Source: Podarcis filfolensis (taxonomy: Eukaryota). Taken from it: a stretch of DNA of 64,000 nt. Positions 1 through 14,092 of the stretch are shown one piece after another. Position 1 is the first letter of the stretch, and each line of letters opens with the position of its first letter. The translations under genes were made by a program, and so were the position numbers. The notes beneath the pieces are model-generated. The model was not told the DNA's origin. It saw only the letters and a list, made by a program, of their open reading frames with translations, and did not search any database. Location of the stretch: assembly GCA_964270895.1 (NCBI GenBank), contig OZ185436.1; one strand, 5' to 3'.

Positions 1-175
1 AATTCAATTATTATTTTTGGGTTTGACATTTGTCTTTATATCCTGTCCTGCTTACTAGTCCTGTAACTGTAGTAAACTATGCTTGCAATATTTCACACAG
101 TGAAAATCTGGACAGAAAAGTTTCTGTTTTTGAGCTATATTTATGAAAAATCAGCAACAATGGCACTACTGACAT

Positions 176-287
176 GGGTTGCCATACGTCCAAATTTTAC
201 TGCACATATTTCCGATTTCTGCCCAGACACTACTGCCCACTGCAGTATTTTGAATATGTCCAGGAAATCCCAGACGTATGGCAACCC
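176..287. mobile_element. Small hAT (Blackjack/MER53-like) MITE
   Basis: Perfect 15-bp inverted termini GGGTTGCCATACGTC (176-190) and GACGTATGGCAACCC (273-287). No clear TSD. Confidence 0.6.
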
Positions 288-387
288 TAAGTATGCAATT
301 GCACCACAATATCTGAAGTATTTTTCTGGCAATCTATGTCCCTATTATCCCTACTCCACTTACATTCTGTCTTGTTTCCACATTCAG

Positions 388-475
388 ACATCAGAGACTC
401 CCTAATGCAGGCATTGGCCAGCTATGTTTGCTACCCACACTCACTCCGTGCTGTAGAGAGGATTCCAGAACTACA
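388..475 (+). CDS. RNF123: RNF123 coding exon ([30 protein letters not shown]); gene begins upstream of the window
   Basis: cag|AC...CA|gtaag; translation matches recalled RNF123/KPC1; frame continues into next exon. Confidence 0.93.
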
Positions 476-746
476 GTAAGTTCTTGGTTTCACCATTCCT
501 GAAAAATATTATATGTCCTGGAAGAGGATTATTTCTCTCTTCTTCTCTGAACCAGGCATGATTCCTATACTTATAATCCCTTTTGTGTGGAAGCTGCTGC
601 TCCCCTTGTTTCCTCACATTGCACTTCTGATACTTCCCTCTCAAGTAAACTAAACATCTTGCCTTGAATCCTTCCCAAACCCCCACTTTTTAACCTTGGT
701 GCTGTTTTCATGGTGGTTGGCTGACTTGTTTGTTTTACTCTGGCAG

Positions 747-834
747 GCGAATATCCATGATGAAGAACCTGTTGGCCCCGTACGAGCAAAGACCCTGGGC
801 CCAGACCAACTGGATCCTTGTACGACTGTGGCGA
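747..834 (+). CDS. RNF123: RNF123 coding exon ([29 protein letters not shown])
   Basis: cag|G...CGA|gtaag; 88 nt, frame-compatible. Confidence 0.95.
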
Positions 835-1045
835 GTAAGAACAGATACCCTCTGCTTCCACATTTGTTCAGAATTTCCAGCTTGTAGTTTTAAAACCAGT
901 GGTTTCCCCTCTGTTTGAACTTTCCCTTAACTTCTTGTTTGAACTTTGTTACCTGCTTCTGGCGAGAGGGTCTCCATGTTCCTTGTTGGGAGATAATGCG
1001 AGGTCTTCTAAGCAGACATTTCTCCCTTCCCCCCCTCTCCTGTAG

Positions 1046-1130
1046 GGCTGTGGATTTGGATACAGGTACACACGGCTTCCTCATCTCCTGAAAACCAAGC
1101 CAGAAGATGCCAATCTCCCCAGCTTGCAGA
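1046..1130 (+). CDS. RNF123: RNF123 coding exon ([28 protein letters not shown])
   Basis: tag|GGC...A|gtgagt; 85 nt. Confidence 0.95.
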
Positions 1131-3890
1131 GTGAGTGGGGGATAGGGAGTGGAGATGTGTTGCTTTGCCATTACAGCTTGTGGGTAAATGCAGTCCTGTA
1201 ACTGAGATTATCCTAATCTGGTTAGCTGTTGACTGGTACAAGAAGGGCAGGATCCTGTTGTGTGGTGCCCCCACACTGCTGCTGTCTGTTGGCACAATAA
1301 TCGGCACCAGTGGATCCTGTCTGTGTCTGGGAGCTAGAGGGCTCCTGATGCCATGTAATATAAACAAGTTGTCTCTGTCCCTAACTTAAATGTGTGTGGC
1401 AAACTCAGGGTGAAAGTTTTCTTATTAACACCCTCACCCAGCTCTCTTCTATTTTTGAGTGCAAAACCTTAAAACAAAACAAAACAAAACACCACCTCCA
1501 TATAATTGTGATCACCCTGGTTGTTTTCACTGGTTCACTAGGTGATGACCAAAAAAGCTCTGGTGTATATTTATAGGAGACAAAACATTTTAGCAGCATA
1601 TGGCCAGAGCAGGCATGAGTTGACAAAGTGTGAAAGCATCCCCAAAGGCACACCAGGTTATAGTCTTAAGGAGTAAAATTGATTTTTCTAAGGAAATCAA
1701 GTTGATTGGCATTGGTGGTACATTGGATCCAGCAGGCACTGCTTCTCTTGCAGCTCTGGGCTGGTCTTCTTCTGTGAATGTTAGTCCTACTTTGTTCTGA
1801 GGCATTTGCCACTCACTTATGGCAGCCATGGTTTAGTAATCAGGCTGGTCTTCCAGTGTTACCACAGTACTCAGAATGGCTTTGTATCCAGCATGGCAAG
1901 GATCTCTGAGAGACTCCAGTTACAAGCTGTAGGGGGAGCTTTGGCTTCTCGTCTGTAGTTATTGATGTAGTGAAGAGAATGATGGCATCTGTGTTGCTGA
2001 GTGGATGGCAAGTTATGAGTTGGTCCTGCACTCTTTCTCTAAGAGAGCATATAATGCCGGGACAGAATGACTAACCTCACAGCCCAGCAGAAGGTGGCAG
2101 TAGTAACACCTGCTTGACCCTTCTAAGAAAACTTGCATCTATAATGTTTCTCTCTTTGTTTTGTTTTGCTTTTTTCTTTTCTGCTTTTTTTGGGGCCCAG
2201 GAGATCTCTCTGTTGCTAGTTTCCAGAGTAAGTTTCCTGTTGTCTTCCCTTTGTATGGTGGTGACATAGTTTTATAGCCCTCTAGTAGAGCCTTTTCCCC
2301 TCCCACCCTTGGTGCACAAGCCGGTCCTTTGGAAACGATGGGGTAGAAAGATAAAGCGGGATGAGTCTGGCTGCCCCAAGTGATGGTCCTAAGAGCCATC
2401 CAAATGTTTGTCATGGTGACCTGTCAAATGTGCCTCAGGGTGGGTGGTTAAGTATGCCTCTCCCTTTAGTGTGGAGGGAATATTACGAGTCCACAGCAAA
2501 TATGTGTAGGTGCTGTTAATGTGCTCTCCATAGCAGTTTCCCCTTGTGGCTGTGGTGTCAACTGTCCTTTTCCTCTTTATTCTTCTCCATTCCACTTTTT
2601 TTTTTTTTTACACCTCTCCTTCTGAAAATATGGACACAACAGGGAACAGAAAGGTTGAGCAGATACAGCTTTCCTGAAACTGCTAGCTCCAGTTCTGGCC
2701 CAGTTCTGCAGGCTAATAAGCTGGCTGTTTTTGCTGAGGCTGTCATGAAACTCCATCCCTGGGGGTGCGGTCATTGAATGACCTTGGGACACCTATGCAA
2801 TTGGGTTCACTTTTCTAGGTGTCGGCAAGGTCATCACTGTCTGCCAGTGATTTCCTCCATGTGGCTCCGAAAGGTCTAAGACAGGGCACAGGATCCTTTG
2901 GCTAGTGATCCTGCTTTCTGCTATTTTGAGGTGTACTTGAATGAATAATTAATACCAAGTTAATTGAAAGGAGCCTATTTACCAGCTGTCCTTGGGACAC
3001 TGCCCTAGAGGGGCTGAGTCCACCCCCCTCTCGCAGGTCTTTGTGATGCTGCAGGGAGAGATTGGAGCACAGACAATGGAAGACATATCAGGTGTGCTCT
3101 GGCCATTACTTGGGATGGAATATCTGAATGTGAAAGTCAGCTCACCTCTCTGCCTGTCCTGTTACAATCCCTCGCCTTTTGTGCCTGAGTTACTGCTATG
3201 CTTGCCTAATGTTGATGGGCAATTTAGGGGCACACCAGTGATTAGTCGTCATTTGCTCTGCAGCCTCAGTTTATTAAGGGACAACTCATGCTCATTTCCT
3301 GTCTAGGGCCCCCTTTAGTAACTAAAGCGATGATGGGACTGGCTGGCTCCTAAGAGAGGAGAACATGCACATACATCCTTCTAGCTTAGTCCTCTACTGG
3401 CTAGTTTTTTGAGACTTGAGTTATAGGTCCTGCTGTTAAGAGGTTGGCTAGAAGAGCTCTTAAAGCTTATTCTCACAGTTGTGAGCCTTTCAGCTGCATT
3501 CTCTTGAAAGCAAGCAGTGCTCTCACATGTGTGTCACTTTGGGACTCTCATTTGGCAGGGATTTCATTTCAGTGCAAAACTGAAGCTTCGATAATCCGGC
3601 TCTGCCTGACAACTTCCTCCTGGTTTACATCTGATCTCTAGCATGTTCCAAAGGAGGGAAAAGTGATGTAAGGTGTGCTCCTGGGGTGGGGTGCCATCAG
3701 TGTATCTCAGATTTCTTTTTCCACTGCTGCAGTCCTAGTGATGTCAGTAGTATCTGCTGCTGGGTTATAGTTCCATTGTGAAAAGTTTTACCTTATTCCC
3801 TGTGTCTAAGGGAAGTGAGGAAACAAATGGCCCTGCTTTAAGACTCTGATGAGGAGGACTTATTAATAAGAGCTAGCAAAGTTCCTGTAG

Positions 3891-3893
<3 letters not shown>

Positions 3894-3961
<68 letters not shown>
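3894..3961. repeat. Compound (AC)n(AG)n microsatellite
   Basis: Read directly. Confidence 0.95.
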
Positions 3962-3962
<1 letters not shown>

Positions 3963-4636
3963 ATTTAAAATGCACCCCTGTTTCAGGCTTGCTTTTGGGT
4001 TCCATGGGCAGGCTGGAAAAGAGTTGGGTTTAATTCCCCCTCCCCTTTAGATTTCTCGCCCTGATCGGAAATGGGCAAACAAGTGTGAACATGTGCCATG
4101 CTGACAGAGAGGAGTGGGACTGTCTGTCTTGGGTGCTGATTCCCTGCTAGGGAGCTACTGTGATGCTGCTTTCAGGAGAGATTAGTGCTGAGCTGACCTA
4201 GGGCATTGTGGGGATGAGCAGGAGGGATGCTTGGCTTGAGCTCAGCTGCAGGGCACAGCTTCTTACTTGCAGAGAGACAGCAAATGTGCATGACCACATC
4301 CCAGCTAATTCAGACCGGCATTATGGCAAAGAGCTCTGGGCCTTGGAGACGGGACAGGCTCAGAATAGTCCATGTGTGAGAGCTGGCCTTGGAGGGCAGC
4401 TGCCGCCTCTACTTATTGTAAAGAGGGCCTCTGCTGGGAGGAGGCTCCAAGAATTCCTTGTGATTTTTGAGAGACAAAATGAAGCTGAATGCAGTGAAAG
4501 GGGCACATACGTATAAACTTATAAACTGTTCCCCATTTCCACACGATGGCAGTGAAACAGGCTGGGCTTGGGCAGCAGCTGCCCAGCACCTTCCGGTAGT
4601 GTGGCCTCTTAAGAAGCCGCTGTTGTTTCATTCCAG

Positions 4637-4776
4637 AGCCTTGTCCCTCCACCCTGCTGCAGCGACACATGGCGGACCTGCTGCGGAGTGACCGTGAAAT
4701 GGCACCCAGTTTCCTCAACAGTGTGCTTAACCAGCTGAACTGGGCCTTCTCAGAGTTCATTGGCATGATTCAGGAG
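4637..4776 (+). CDS. RNF123: RNF123 coding exon ([16 protein letters not shown]...[14 protein letters not shown])
   Basis: cag|AG...GAG|gtgag; 140 nt. Confidence 0.95.
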
Positions 4777-5029
4777 GTGAGAGTTTTGGATCCGGAATAA
4801 ATCCGATTGAAGGAGTAAGCCTCTGCCTGTCATCCTGGAGGACAAAAACAAAAGTCCTTTCCTTATTAGGTGTCAGTAGCAGTTTGCAGCACAGTTCTTG
4901 TGGGATGCTGGGATTGAGCTGACTTGTGCATGAACTGGAAAAGCGGGGAGGGTTAGGGGCAAGTGTGAGGAGAACAGCTGCTCCCCCTTCCAGTTCTTAC
5001 ATTAAGCTGCATCTGTTTTGCTTGGGCAG

Positions 5030-5218
5030 ATCCAGCAAGCTGCAGAGCGCCTGGAAAGAAACTTTGTAGACAGTCGCCAGTTGAAGGTGTGTGCAACGTG
5101 CTTTGACCTGTCAGTGAGCCTGCTCAGGGTCTTGGAAATGACGGTCACACTGGCTCCTGAGATCTTCCTGGACTGGAGTCGCCCCTCATCAGAGCTATTA
5201 CTCAGGAGACTTGCACAG
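5030..5218 (+). CDS. RNF123: RNF123 coding exon ([27 protein letters not shown]...LLRRLAQ)
   Basis: cag|ATC...CAG|gtact; 189 nt; within ORF 5018-5284. Confidence 0.95.
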
Positions 5219-7303
5219 GTACTCACTTCTCCACAGGAAAACATTAGGTTGGGTACATGGCAAGGGGCAAAGGTTTTTAGCTGAGGATGTGGGTGCTGCC
5301 ATTTGGCACAGTCACAGTTACCAGTGTGAACTATATTATTCTAAAAGAATGTGTCACCAGCAAGTTTAGGGGCTAACTTATACAAACTGCAGGCTGGCTC
5401 TCCCCTTCCCTCCCCCACTACTGTCTTACTCTATTAGTGATTATTCGGAGATTGTATGTGTGCAGCAAGGTCTCCAGTTCACTGCCCTCTTTCATCTTTG
5501 GTAAGCCTTAATTTCTTCCTGGAAAAGAACTCCAGAGTAAAGACAGCCAAACATTTCAAGAAGTGGAAGGATAAGCCAATCTGTACCCCTTCCCAATGAT
5601 ATTCCTAAGAATCTCCTTCTCTGGGCTTCAGCCCTTGCTTCCTTTTTCAAATGCCTTAATGCCCCCTATGGTTTACTTAAAGCTTTTAAAGCATGATGTA
5701 TCAGTAAATCACCTTTTCTGTCAAACATCAATTCATACTCACATGCATCAGACCAGTACAGACAGAATAATTCATTCATTCATTTATTTCAATGTTTTCA
5801 TATCCCTCCACCTGTTTGCTCCAGATTGGAGCACAAGGTGGCTGTCAGCACAGCTTACAATGTAATACAAATATAAAATAAAACAGAATAAAATCATAAG
5901 TTCATTAAGGAAAACTAGCAACACAAAGCCGAAACACCAACCACCATCAACAATATCAGGTTCCAAAGGCCCAGACAGGTAGCCTTGCATGTTCCATTTC
6001 CATTGTCCATGGTCAGCCTGGCCACCATATGACCAGACAGTTGATGAGCAGATGTCCTGGGAAGATTACATGGCCACTTGAGTGAAGCTGCTAAATCATA
6101 CAGCCGTTAGCCATTAGGTAACAATGGAGAACATGAAACTTATAGATGTAGACACTGATGCTTAAAGATGGGGAGGGCAAGGTGTGCATGTCACTTGGGA
6201 CTTGTTTGCATGGGTCACTGTAGCAGATCCATCTGGAAACCTAGTTTGACTTGTCATGCGATGACTGGCCATGCAAAGAGGCTTGCGGCACAGCAGAACC
6301 ACCTATAAGCAGTTACATGCAGATGAAGTAACCAAACCACTCATATTTGTTCCGAGCACATCTGTTCACACAACCAACTACAGTGCAGTGTTTGAAAATA
6401 GGTTGACCAAAAATGTCAGGTTTTAATTTTGAAATGAACTCTTCGAAAGGCTTTTATGAATTGTTTCTTAAAACAGTGCAGTACTTATCGCTGGAGGGGA
6501 AAGCAATGTGCCAAATGTTCTTTGGGTGCCACTTTCAGAATTCTGCCACATTCTAGTTGAAGCATCAGCTTGCTCTCTGGAATGATGACTCACTGCTGGC
6601 TATTTCCTCATTTTGCTCAACTTCTTTAAATCAAATATCTCTGCACAACCTTGCATGTACCTTTGTGCTAAGGTTCCAATGTATGCATGTGGAAATTTGG
6701 CTTATTAGAAAGGGACCCCATCCATCCATGGAATTAAGAGCTGTTTTGCCTTCTAAGAGTTTTTTCATTGAAAGTGTCCACAGCCTGAGATGTGAGCTGA
6801 TGCAACCCGAGCCACATTTTCAGTCTGTTATTGCTGAAGGCTCAGGTCTGTTGTCATTCTAATGGGTCACAGAGAGGCCTGTCATATTTCTTTTCTGAGC
6901 AGCCCTGCTGATGGGTATCCTCCGTGTCATGAAATCTAGGGCCACACAGAGCGTTATCATGCATCCATCTAGTATCTCACCATTTGCTGTAAAATATATG
7001 TTCTTGGAAGACCGTCCTCTGCTATTGTGGGTCTGAAAGGCAGATAGTTCCAAGGCATAAAGGAAGGAACTACCCTCAAGGCCCTTTTCTGTATCCCAAC
7101 ACACCTTATTACAATGCAGTGCCCAATATTGTGCCTGCTGTTGTAGAGAGATTTCTGAATCCGAGGGAATTGAGTTGTCTAAACCCTGATGATCAGACTG
7201 GAAAGTATCAGGAGTAGCATATGTGCATCTCTTCAAGTGTGCAGAGAGAGAACTTGTATCTTCTGCTTTAATCATTCTGCCATCTCTTCTTCCTTCTCCA
7301 CAG

Positions 7304-7379
7304 CTGCTAAATCAGGTGCTGAATCGTGTGACAGCTGAGCGGAACTTGTTTGACAGAGTGGTCAATCTTCGTCTGCCAG
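7304..7379 (+). CDS. RNF123: RNF123 coding exon ([26 protein letters not shown])
   Basis: cag|CTG...G|gtgag; 76 nt. Confidence 0.95.
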
Positions 7380-7426
7380 GTGAGCTTCCTTCCCAGCCAC
7401 CTTGCAGTCAGTCCTGCTTTGGGAGA

Positions 7427-7610
7427 GGGACCATAGCTCAGTGGTAGAGGATGTGCTTTGCATGCAGAAGGTTCCAGGTTCAGTCCCTGGCAGCTCTAAT
7501 TCAAAGGAGCTCAAAGGTGATGGCAAAGCTGTCTGAGACCTTGCAGAGCCACTACCACTAAAGAGTAGGCAAAGCTAGGTAAGAAAGACAAAAACTCTGA
7601 CCTGGTTGTG
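7427..7610 (+). mobile_element. tRNA-derived SINE (Squam2-like), degenerate
   Basis: tRNA-like head GGGACCATAGCTCAGTGGTAGAG...TTTGCATGCAGAAGGTTCCAGGTTCAGTCCCTGG with A/B boxes, then a non-tRNA body. Second copy at 42540-42745. Family name from recall. Confidence 0.7.
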
Positions 7611-9435
7611 GACATTCATTGTGTCTGCACAGGGGCTTCACCCACTCCCAGTCCTTTGAACAACAAGATAGGAAATGTCTGTGGGGAGAATTCTGTGTTG
7701 ACCTTTTATCTCTGATTATGGTGTCAGTGCAGCTTCCATTGATGCCACTGCTCCCTCCCATCCGCTCTTCAGATAGGCAAGAGCCCAGCAGAGCACACGT
7801 GAGAATGAAAGATAGCATCCAATCCCAAAAGGAAGCCCTATGTGGTCTTGGCCTTCGCTGCTTACAGAAATGCATAAAACCTGCAATGATGGGAAATGGG
7901 ATCTTTTGGCTCTAAACAGTAAGCAGTCATTAAGTGATGGCTGTGTGCCCACCTACTCAGGGTGAAGGAATCCATTCTTGTACAGAGCTTGTTAAATTGC
8001 AAAGTAATCTTTAGGGAGGCAAGATGTCCTGCTTCCGCACTAAAAGCTGTCAGAGAGTGGTACCGGTGAATGAGCAGGAGCTGCATTTAACTGCAAAATT
8101 GCTGACTAGATTCCACTTACACTATAGCTCCATTATCTTTAGCCCTTCATTTTGGCTGGTTATTCTGGTGTCTTATGATGAGAAAAGGACAGCATGTGTT
8201 AGCAGTGTGTGCACTCTCTGCCTGTCCCCGCCCCCTCCCGCAGAGCATGGACCCTTTTCCTTCACACAGCATTATTAAATAACTGCTGTGGCACACACTG
8301 CTGCAGATCCATGTCATACTGATCAGTATTAGGAAGTAAACAATATTGCTGAGTCAATGAGCCCTTGTGTTCCTTCTTGGGGAACAAGGGCTCAGCCCTC
8401 ATTGAAAACTGAGATTGTGAATGGAGAGAGCATAAAAAGATCCACACACTCCCACACATTTTTACACTTTCCTATTCGTTGATGGATTTATTCATTTGGC
8501 ATCTGTGTGACGTAAGTAGTGTGATAGAAAGAACATTCTGGAATAGGTATGGTCGTAAGCATGTGGAGTAAAGGACCATATAAATAGCTGTCATCCTGAA
8601 GAAAGTTGTCTCTGAAGTGTGCCTAATTTTAAATTTGGACAAGCTTGTTTTACCCCCCCCCTCCGCTTCCCTTAAAATTTTGAGCATTGTTTTAGTCATA
8701 CCCCCATTATCCCAGCTCGAGCACTTCTGCCCTGTTGGAAACATGGGGCATATTGGCATGTGTGACCACCATTAAGTCTTCCACATTTCAAAGCATTGGC
8801 TACTTTCATGCTCACCTAGAAGCAGGAGAAAATTGGAATCATCACTCAGCACTTCTTCAGACCTGTCTTCAAGTGCCGTTTTCAAGGTTATGTGCTTGAG
8901 AAACACTCTGTGTTTGGGTGACTCGGGGGATTGTATGCTGACTGGAAGGTGGAGGAATGCTGGACCACTACTGAAGGGCTTAGCACAATTCCAATTTTTT
9001 TGCACAATCCTTTTACGTGCCCTTCTAATAGAAAACCAGACAGTGGCATTAGCAGAGATGAGCAAGTGCTTTCTCTAGTGTTTGTCACTTACCTCTAAGA
9101 TTTCCTGTTTGCCAAGGAGGTTCATTCTGTTTTGTCCAGAGTTGTCCATGCTGGGAGTGGTGGTTGAGGAGGACTCATTTGATCTTATGGTGCTCTAGCA
9201 AAGACCTGATGAAGCTGATGGATGTAGTAGTACAAATCTTTAAATGAATTAATACAAACATTTATCTCCTCCTGGTCTCCTGAAAACTTAGGCTGGTGGT
9301 GTTCCTCAGTGCAGTCCTATGCTAGATTTGTCCTCTGCTATAGTTAAGAAGATAAAAAGGGGTGCTCAAGGGAAGTCAACAAACTAACTTTTCATAGAAG
9401 TGATTGTAATTTGAAATACCTGCTTTCTTCCCTAG

Positions 9436-9520
9436 GACTGGAGAGCGTAGATCACTATCCAATCCTTGTGGCTGTGACAGGAATTCTGGTCCGGCTGCTT
9501 GTTGATACTGACTTCCAAGG
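9436..9520 (+). CDS. RNF123: RNF123 coding exon ([28 protein letters not shown]), 5' of the 32.1 kb intron
   Basis: tag|GA...GG|gtaagt; 85 nt. Confidence 0.95.
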
Positions 9521-9821
9521 GTAAGTGCTGCTTAATTCCGCTCCATGGGGATGAAGATTTCATTGCTTGTGTTCTAGTTTACTATTCTGAAATGAGCAGC
9601 CTGGCAGCATTGTGTATTAGGGTAATGATGCAGTCTTTGTCTTTGCCCCCTGTTTTCATATGCTCAGTCTAGTTGCAGGATAGTAAATCCCCAAATAATT
9701 TCTGTCCTGTACGTTGGTCTCTGGGTGTTTTTGTGCTGCGACTATAGTGTACTGGAGAGCTATTTAAAAGAAAAAAGGGGGAGACATCCTGTCAATTTAA
9801 ACCTTCCATTGAATTATTTAA

Positions 9822-9945
9822 AGAGGTAGCCAACGCGGTGCCCTCCAGATGTTGTTGGACTACAACTTGCATCATCCCTGGCCCTTGCTGGCTGAGGCTG
9901 ATGGGAGTTGGAGTCCAACAACATCTAGAGTATTAGCCACTCTCT
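9822..9945. mobile_element. Palindromic hAT-type MITE (ACTACAACTCCCATCATCCC-core family)
   Basis: Arms CAGATGTTGTTGGACTACAAC / GTTGGAGTCCAACAACATCT are near reverse complements; ends approximate. Confidence 0.65.
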
Positions 9946-12900
9946 GGTGTAACTTTGTTTGCTTTTGTTCTCTGCTTGCTTCTGTTCTCTGCTTACACGG
10001 CTGTGTAGCTCATGCAAGCTATACTATATTATGTTCCTTGGTTGTTGCGTGGTGTGGGTTCGTGGCAGATTCTGCTTAGGGGGTGGACAGTTGGACAAGA
10101 TGATCTTTAGTTCTACTCTATTCTTACAATAACTTTAAAGGGAGATCTGTCCTATCTCTGTATGTTTCTCTCCATCTTCTTGTTCTTCTTTTTCTAGAAA
10201 GAACAAGCTTTGGGATTTAGATTTGGGAATGGTCCTGCCCAAAGGAAAGCAGGCCATTTCTTTTTACCTTTATGCATAGGCACCACTCACATCATGCTGT
10301 AGCAAAAGAATACTCTTTCTACATATGCGGTTACCTTCCCAAACTGAGCAATGCTGGCATCAGATCGTTTAGACAGATAAAACTGTACAGACATGCTGTG
10401 TTTGGTTGTGTTAAACAGTGAATATGTCTAGCTGCAGTAGCGTATGACAGTGGAAAATAAGCCAAGTCCCAAGGGAAAGTGGTTCTGACATGCCCCTCCA
10501 GATCTACTGCAGTGTGGCTGATGGCATTCTTGCTTTGCCTTCATTGCCCTTGTTACGGTACTCAGACAGACGTGATGGACAAGTCCCTTCCACAGCTCTC
10601 AGGACTTTTAGAGACAGTGGGTTGACACTCGCTTGTCATCTGATAATCTCTTCTCCCATCCTGTTGTGTTTTTTGAAAAAAACAAAACTAGCCTTTCCTT
10701 TATAAATTAAGTACTGGTAGTAGCTTTTCTTCTGATTTCCAATCTAGAAAAAATCATGTCTCCTAACAGGCAGGGTACGTTAGTTGAATCCTGCCCTGTG
10801 GTTACCAGGACGGGGGGAAACCAGGCCAGGATATTAAACCATAGTTGGAAGGTGGTTTAAGAACCTGGTTGTTCTGATCCTGATTGTCATAGTTTCATGG
10901 TTCAGACATAGCAAGAAATTATGTGAAATTGAAGACCTCTGGGGTTAATTGCAACATGCTAAGACAGGAAGAAGTGGTTTGGCTGGCATAAGGTTTGTTC
11001 ATATCTCGGCTGATTAAGTTTTGATACAATCAGCTGAATGAGGTAAACAACTTCTCAAATGCAGGCAGTCAATAAATACATTTTGCATTTAATTCCACTC
11101 TTTTTGATGTCTACTGTGGATCTTAAAGTAGCATTAAAAACAGCTTTCAGCACTTCCTCTCACCCCTCTGCCTCACTTGGGGAAGGACATCTTTTACTTC
11201 CTGACCTTTGCAACTTGAGGAGGAAAATGGTAACATCAAGCTCCTGAAAAAGGTCCAGAGGGGTGTTTTAAAAAGAAGGGTGCATTCACTCCCCTGTGAA
11301 ACACATGCAAATATCCATGATGATCATGGAGAAATACGTGCATAGCCTCCTTCTAAAATGAGCCTTAATTGCATTCAGGTCTAGGGATAGGCATTTGACA
11401 GGTCAAAAAGATTTGGCCCATTTGATCAGTCAGACTGTATAAGGAAAAAATATATTCTCAAGTGGGTTGATACTTACGTTAACTGCAAAAACAAGTTAGA
11501 TAACTGTTAACTGTGAAAGAATGAAATTACCTTTTTAAAAGCATTGCTTTGAATTACAGCTTTTAACATTGTTACATAAGGTTTCTATAAAAGTGAATGA
11601 TTTACTGAGCAGTTCTCCTCATTGGCTTTTATCCTGGAACAGCAGGGCCAGCCTGCAGTTGGATTTTTTTTGTTATAAAGGAAATTAAAGCAAAAATAAA
11701 GCAAAGTAACAACTATTTAATAACAAATGGCAGTTTTAAAGGCACATGCTAGATTAGCAGGTTAGTTCTTCAAGCAGCACCAGTATCACGGCTACTTGGA
11801 ATATTTGACAATCTTTTAGATTCAAAAAATTAAATAGGTAACCAGCCATCCAGTGTGGCAACTCTATTCAGATTGCTTTTATCTTGCCTGATGTTCTAGT
11901 TTAATCTGTCTCACGGAAATGCAGTCCATATGAAACTGTTGTGTCACGTTTCAATTTCTCATTTGGCATGTCTTATTTTTTCAAAATGTTGTCCTTGTTT
12001 TGCAGACAGCTGAGCTCCATGTGGCTAGGCATTTTAGTTCTATAAACAGGCTATTTCTGATCCTCTCCACCCCCCACCAAGGCCTTCCAGATAGACACAA
12101 ATCAACCTAATTATATCCTCCCTCCTGTGGTCAAAGCCACATAGCCCTAAATATAAATGTGCCAAGCACACCATATTAAAGTGAATTTTTATTTTTTTGA
12201 ATCTGGTTGTGGGAAACCCTATAGAGGCAAATCCAATCCCACCCAAATTGGGGTAACAAGCTCCCTTTGTCCCTTACCTTTATATCAGCCACAGCGGCCT
12301 CAGCAGGGATTCTGGATCTACCAGAGCATCTAGTTTGCCTTCTTTCCAGATTGAACTCCTTTCATCATTGATCCTGTGCACTATCTAGCTTCTACACTAG
12401 TTCCTTTACAGCCCAGCTGATATGCTGACAGCCAGATGCAATCATAACCCTCCCTGTCCCTGTTTCCAAAGCCCATTTGCTTCCTGTTCTGTGGGACAGA
12501 CTAGCTGTTTCTTTTCTTTTTCGCATGTTGTCCTCATCTATAGTGCCCTCAATAACCCATTGCTTTTTGAGGAAAGGTCGCATTGCACTTTCATAGATAG
12601 GAACAGACTAATGATGATATATTACTATTAAGCATATTTAACATGGCATATGGGATCTACAGCAAATTCCTGGACAAGTTTCATGTTAACAGGAGTAAAT
12701 CAACAGCCTGAGGACAGAGTAGGCTGCATTTTCCAAGTGAAAACAGCACATTGCTTAATAACATCCAACAGATATTTGTTCGTTAATTATAGTGAAATAT
12801 GGTCCTTTTCTCAGCAGTGATTGCAGCTCATTATAGAGGCCTCCCTTGGACTATTGTTGTATCATATAACTTCTAAATTGTTTCTGAGGCATGAACAGTG

Positions 12901-13956
12901 GATGGGAATGGGGCTAATTACCGTCTCTGTGATCTGTAGCTTCTTGATGCTGCTGGCTTTCATTGAAGAGGGATCGGGTTTTGTTCTGTTGGAAGACTAT
13001 GGAGGGAGCATGAATCTAGGGTCTTTATCTCTTAACACTGTGACTTGAGCAATAGTATTTTCATAGCTGTAATTGCTATGAAATCATAATGGAGATGTTT
13101 TTGCAGAAATGCATGGGTGAATCAAGAGTTTTCAAGGGCCTAGGGCAATTAACAGAGTCTATGACAGGGATGGCTGACCTCCAGCTGCAAATTTTTCAGA
13201 CCCCCCCAAGCCCCCAGCAATTTTAGCAGCGACAGGAAAAAGAAAGAAAAAAGCATGATGCTGGGCTTTAAACCTCTTCTTCCAGTTTAGCAATCTCCTG
13301 TTGATGCAAATTATCCCTTCCTCATCTGATTTGCAAAGATCATCTGAAGAGGGGAGACTGTGTGTCCTGTGCATGTGTGCATGGCCAAGGGTGGATGTGG
13401 CTCTATGGCCAAAAAACGGGTTCTGTATTCCTGGCCTAGGGAGATATATATAAATAAGATGGTAACAGTGGGGGAAGGACAGGATTTGGAATCCTTGGCA
13501 GACCTATGGAACAGCTTGTCAGGTATCTCCTGATCAGGAACTTCCATCACACCAATTGATTACTTACATTACTTTCTCTTCAGTTTACTTGCTGTAGATA
13601 CCCCAGGTAGAAATCCTCATAGCAGACCTGTACCTGCCGTGCACTAATGGTACATTTGGTTAGAAGCCCCATTGATGCTTACCTATAAAATGGCAGCCAT
13701 TCTTCTGCAATGCCAGGCATAGTGCCAACTAGTTGCTTTTCTATGGAAGGCTGAGCTGCTTTGGTTTTGATGGAAAAGGTCTGGGTGCCTTTAAGAACTC
13801 CAGTTGCTGACTTACAGTCAGACCAGAAGGGGGCATTGTGAACATTTAGTTGAAAATGGATATCATTTAGCAGCCCCAGAGTATTAGGCTGAACTACAGC
13901 ATACATTGTGCTCTTTAACAAACTTACCCTAAAGATTGTTAAAGGTTCTTCTACAC

Positions 13957-14092
13957 CAGGGTTTACCAAACTTTGGTCTCCATATGTTTTTGAACTACAA
14001 CTCACATCATCCCTAGCTAGCAGAACCAGTGGTCGGGGATGATAGGAATTGTAGTCCAAAAACAGCTGGAAACCCAAGTTTGGGAAACCTTG
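13957..14092. mobile_element. Palindromic hAT-Charlie-type MITE
   Basis: TIRs CAGGGTTTACCAAACTT / AAGTTTGGGAAACCTTG; 8-bp TSD ttctacac/atctacac (7/8); inverted relative to the 21318 copy. Confidence 0.85.

Noticed and set aside
5760-6250. Old L2-like LINE fragment (similar signal at about 23680-24170)
   Set aside because: Only vague resemblance and a (TTCA)n run; boundaries and family could not be supported by eye.
7427-7500. tRNA gene
   Set aside because: No acceptor-stem pairing. It continues into a SINE body and has a degenerate sibling at 42540, so it is a SINE head.
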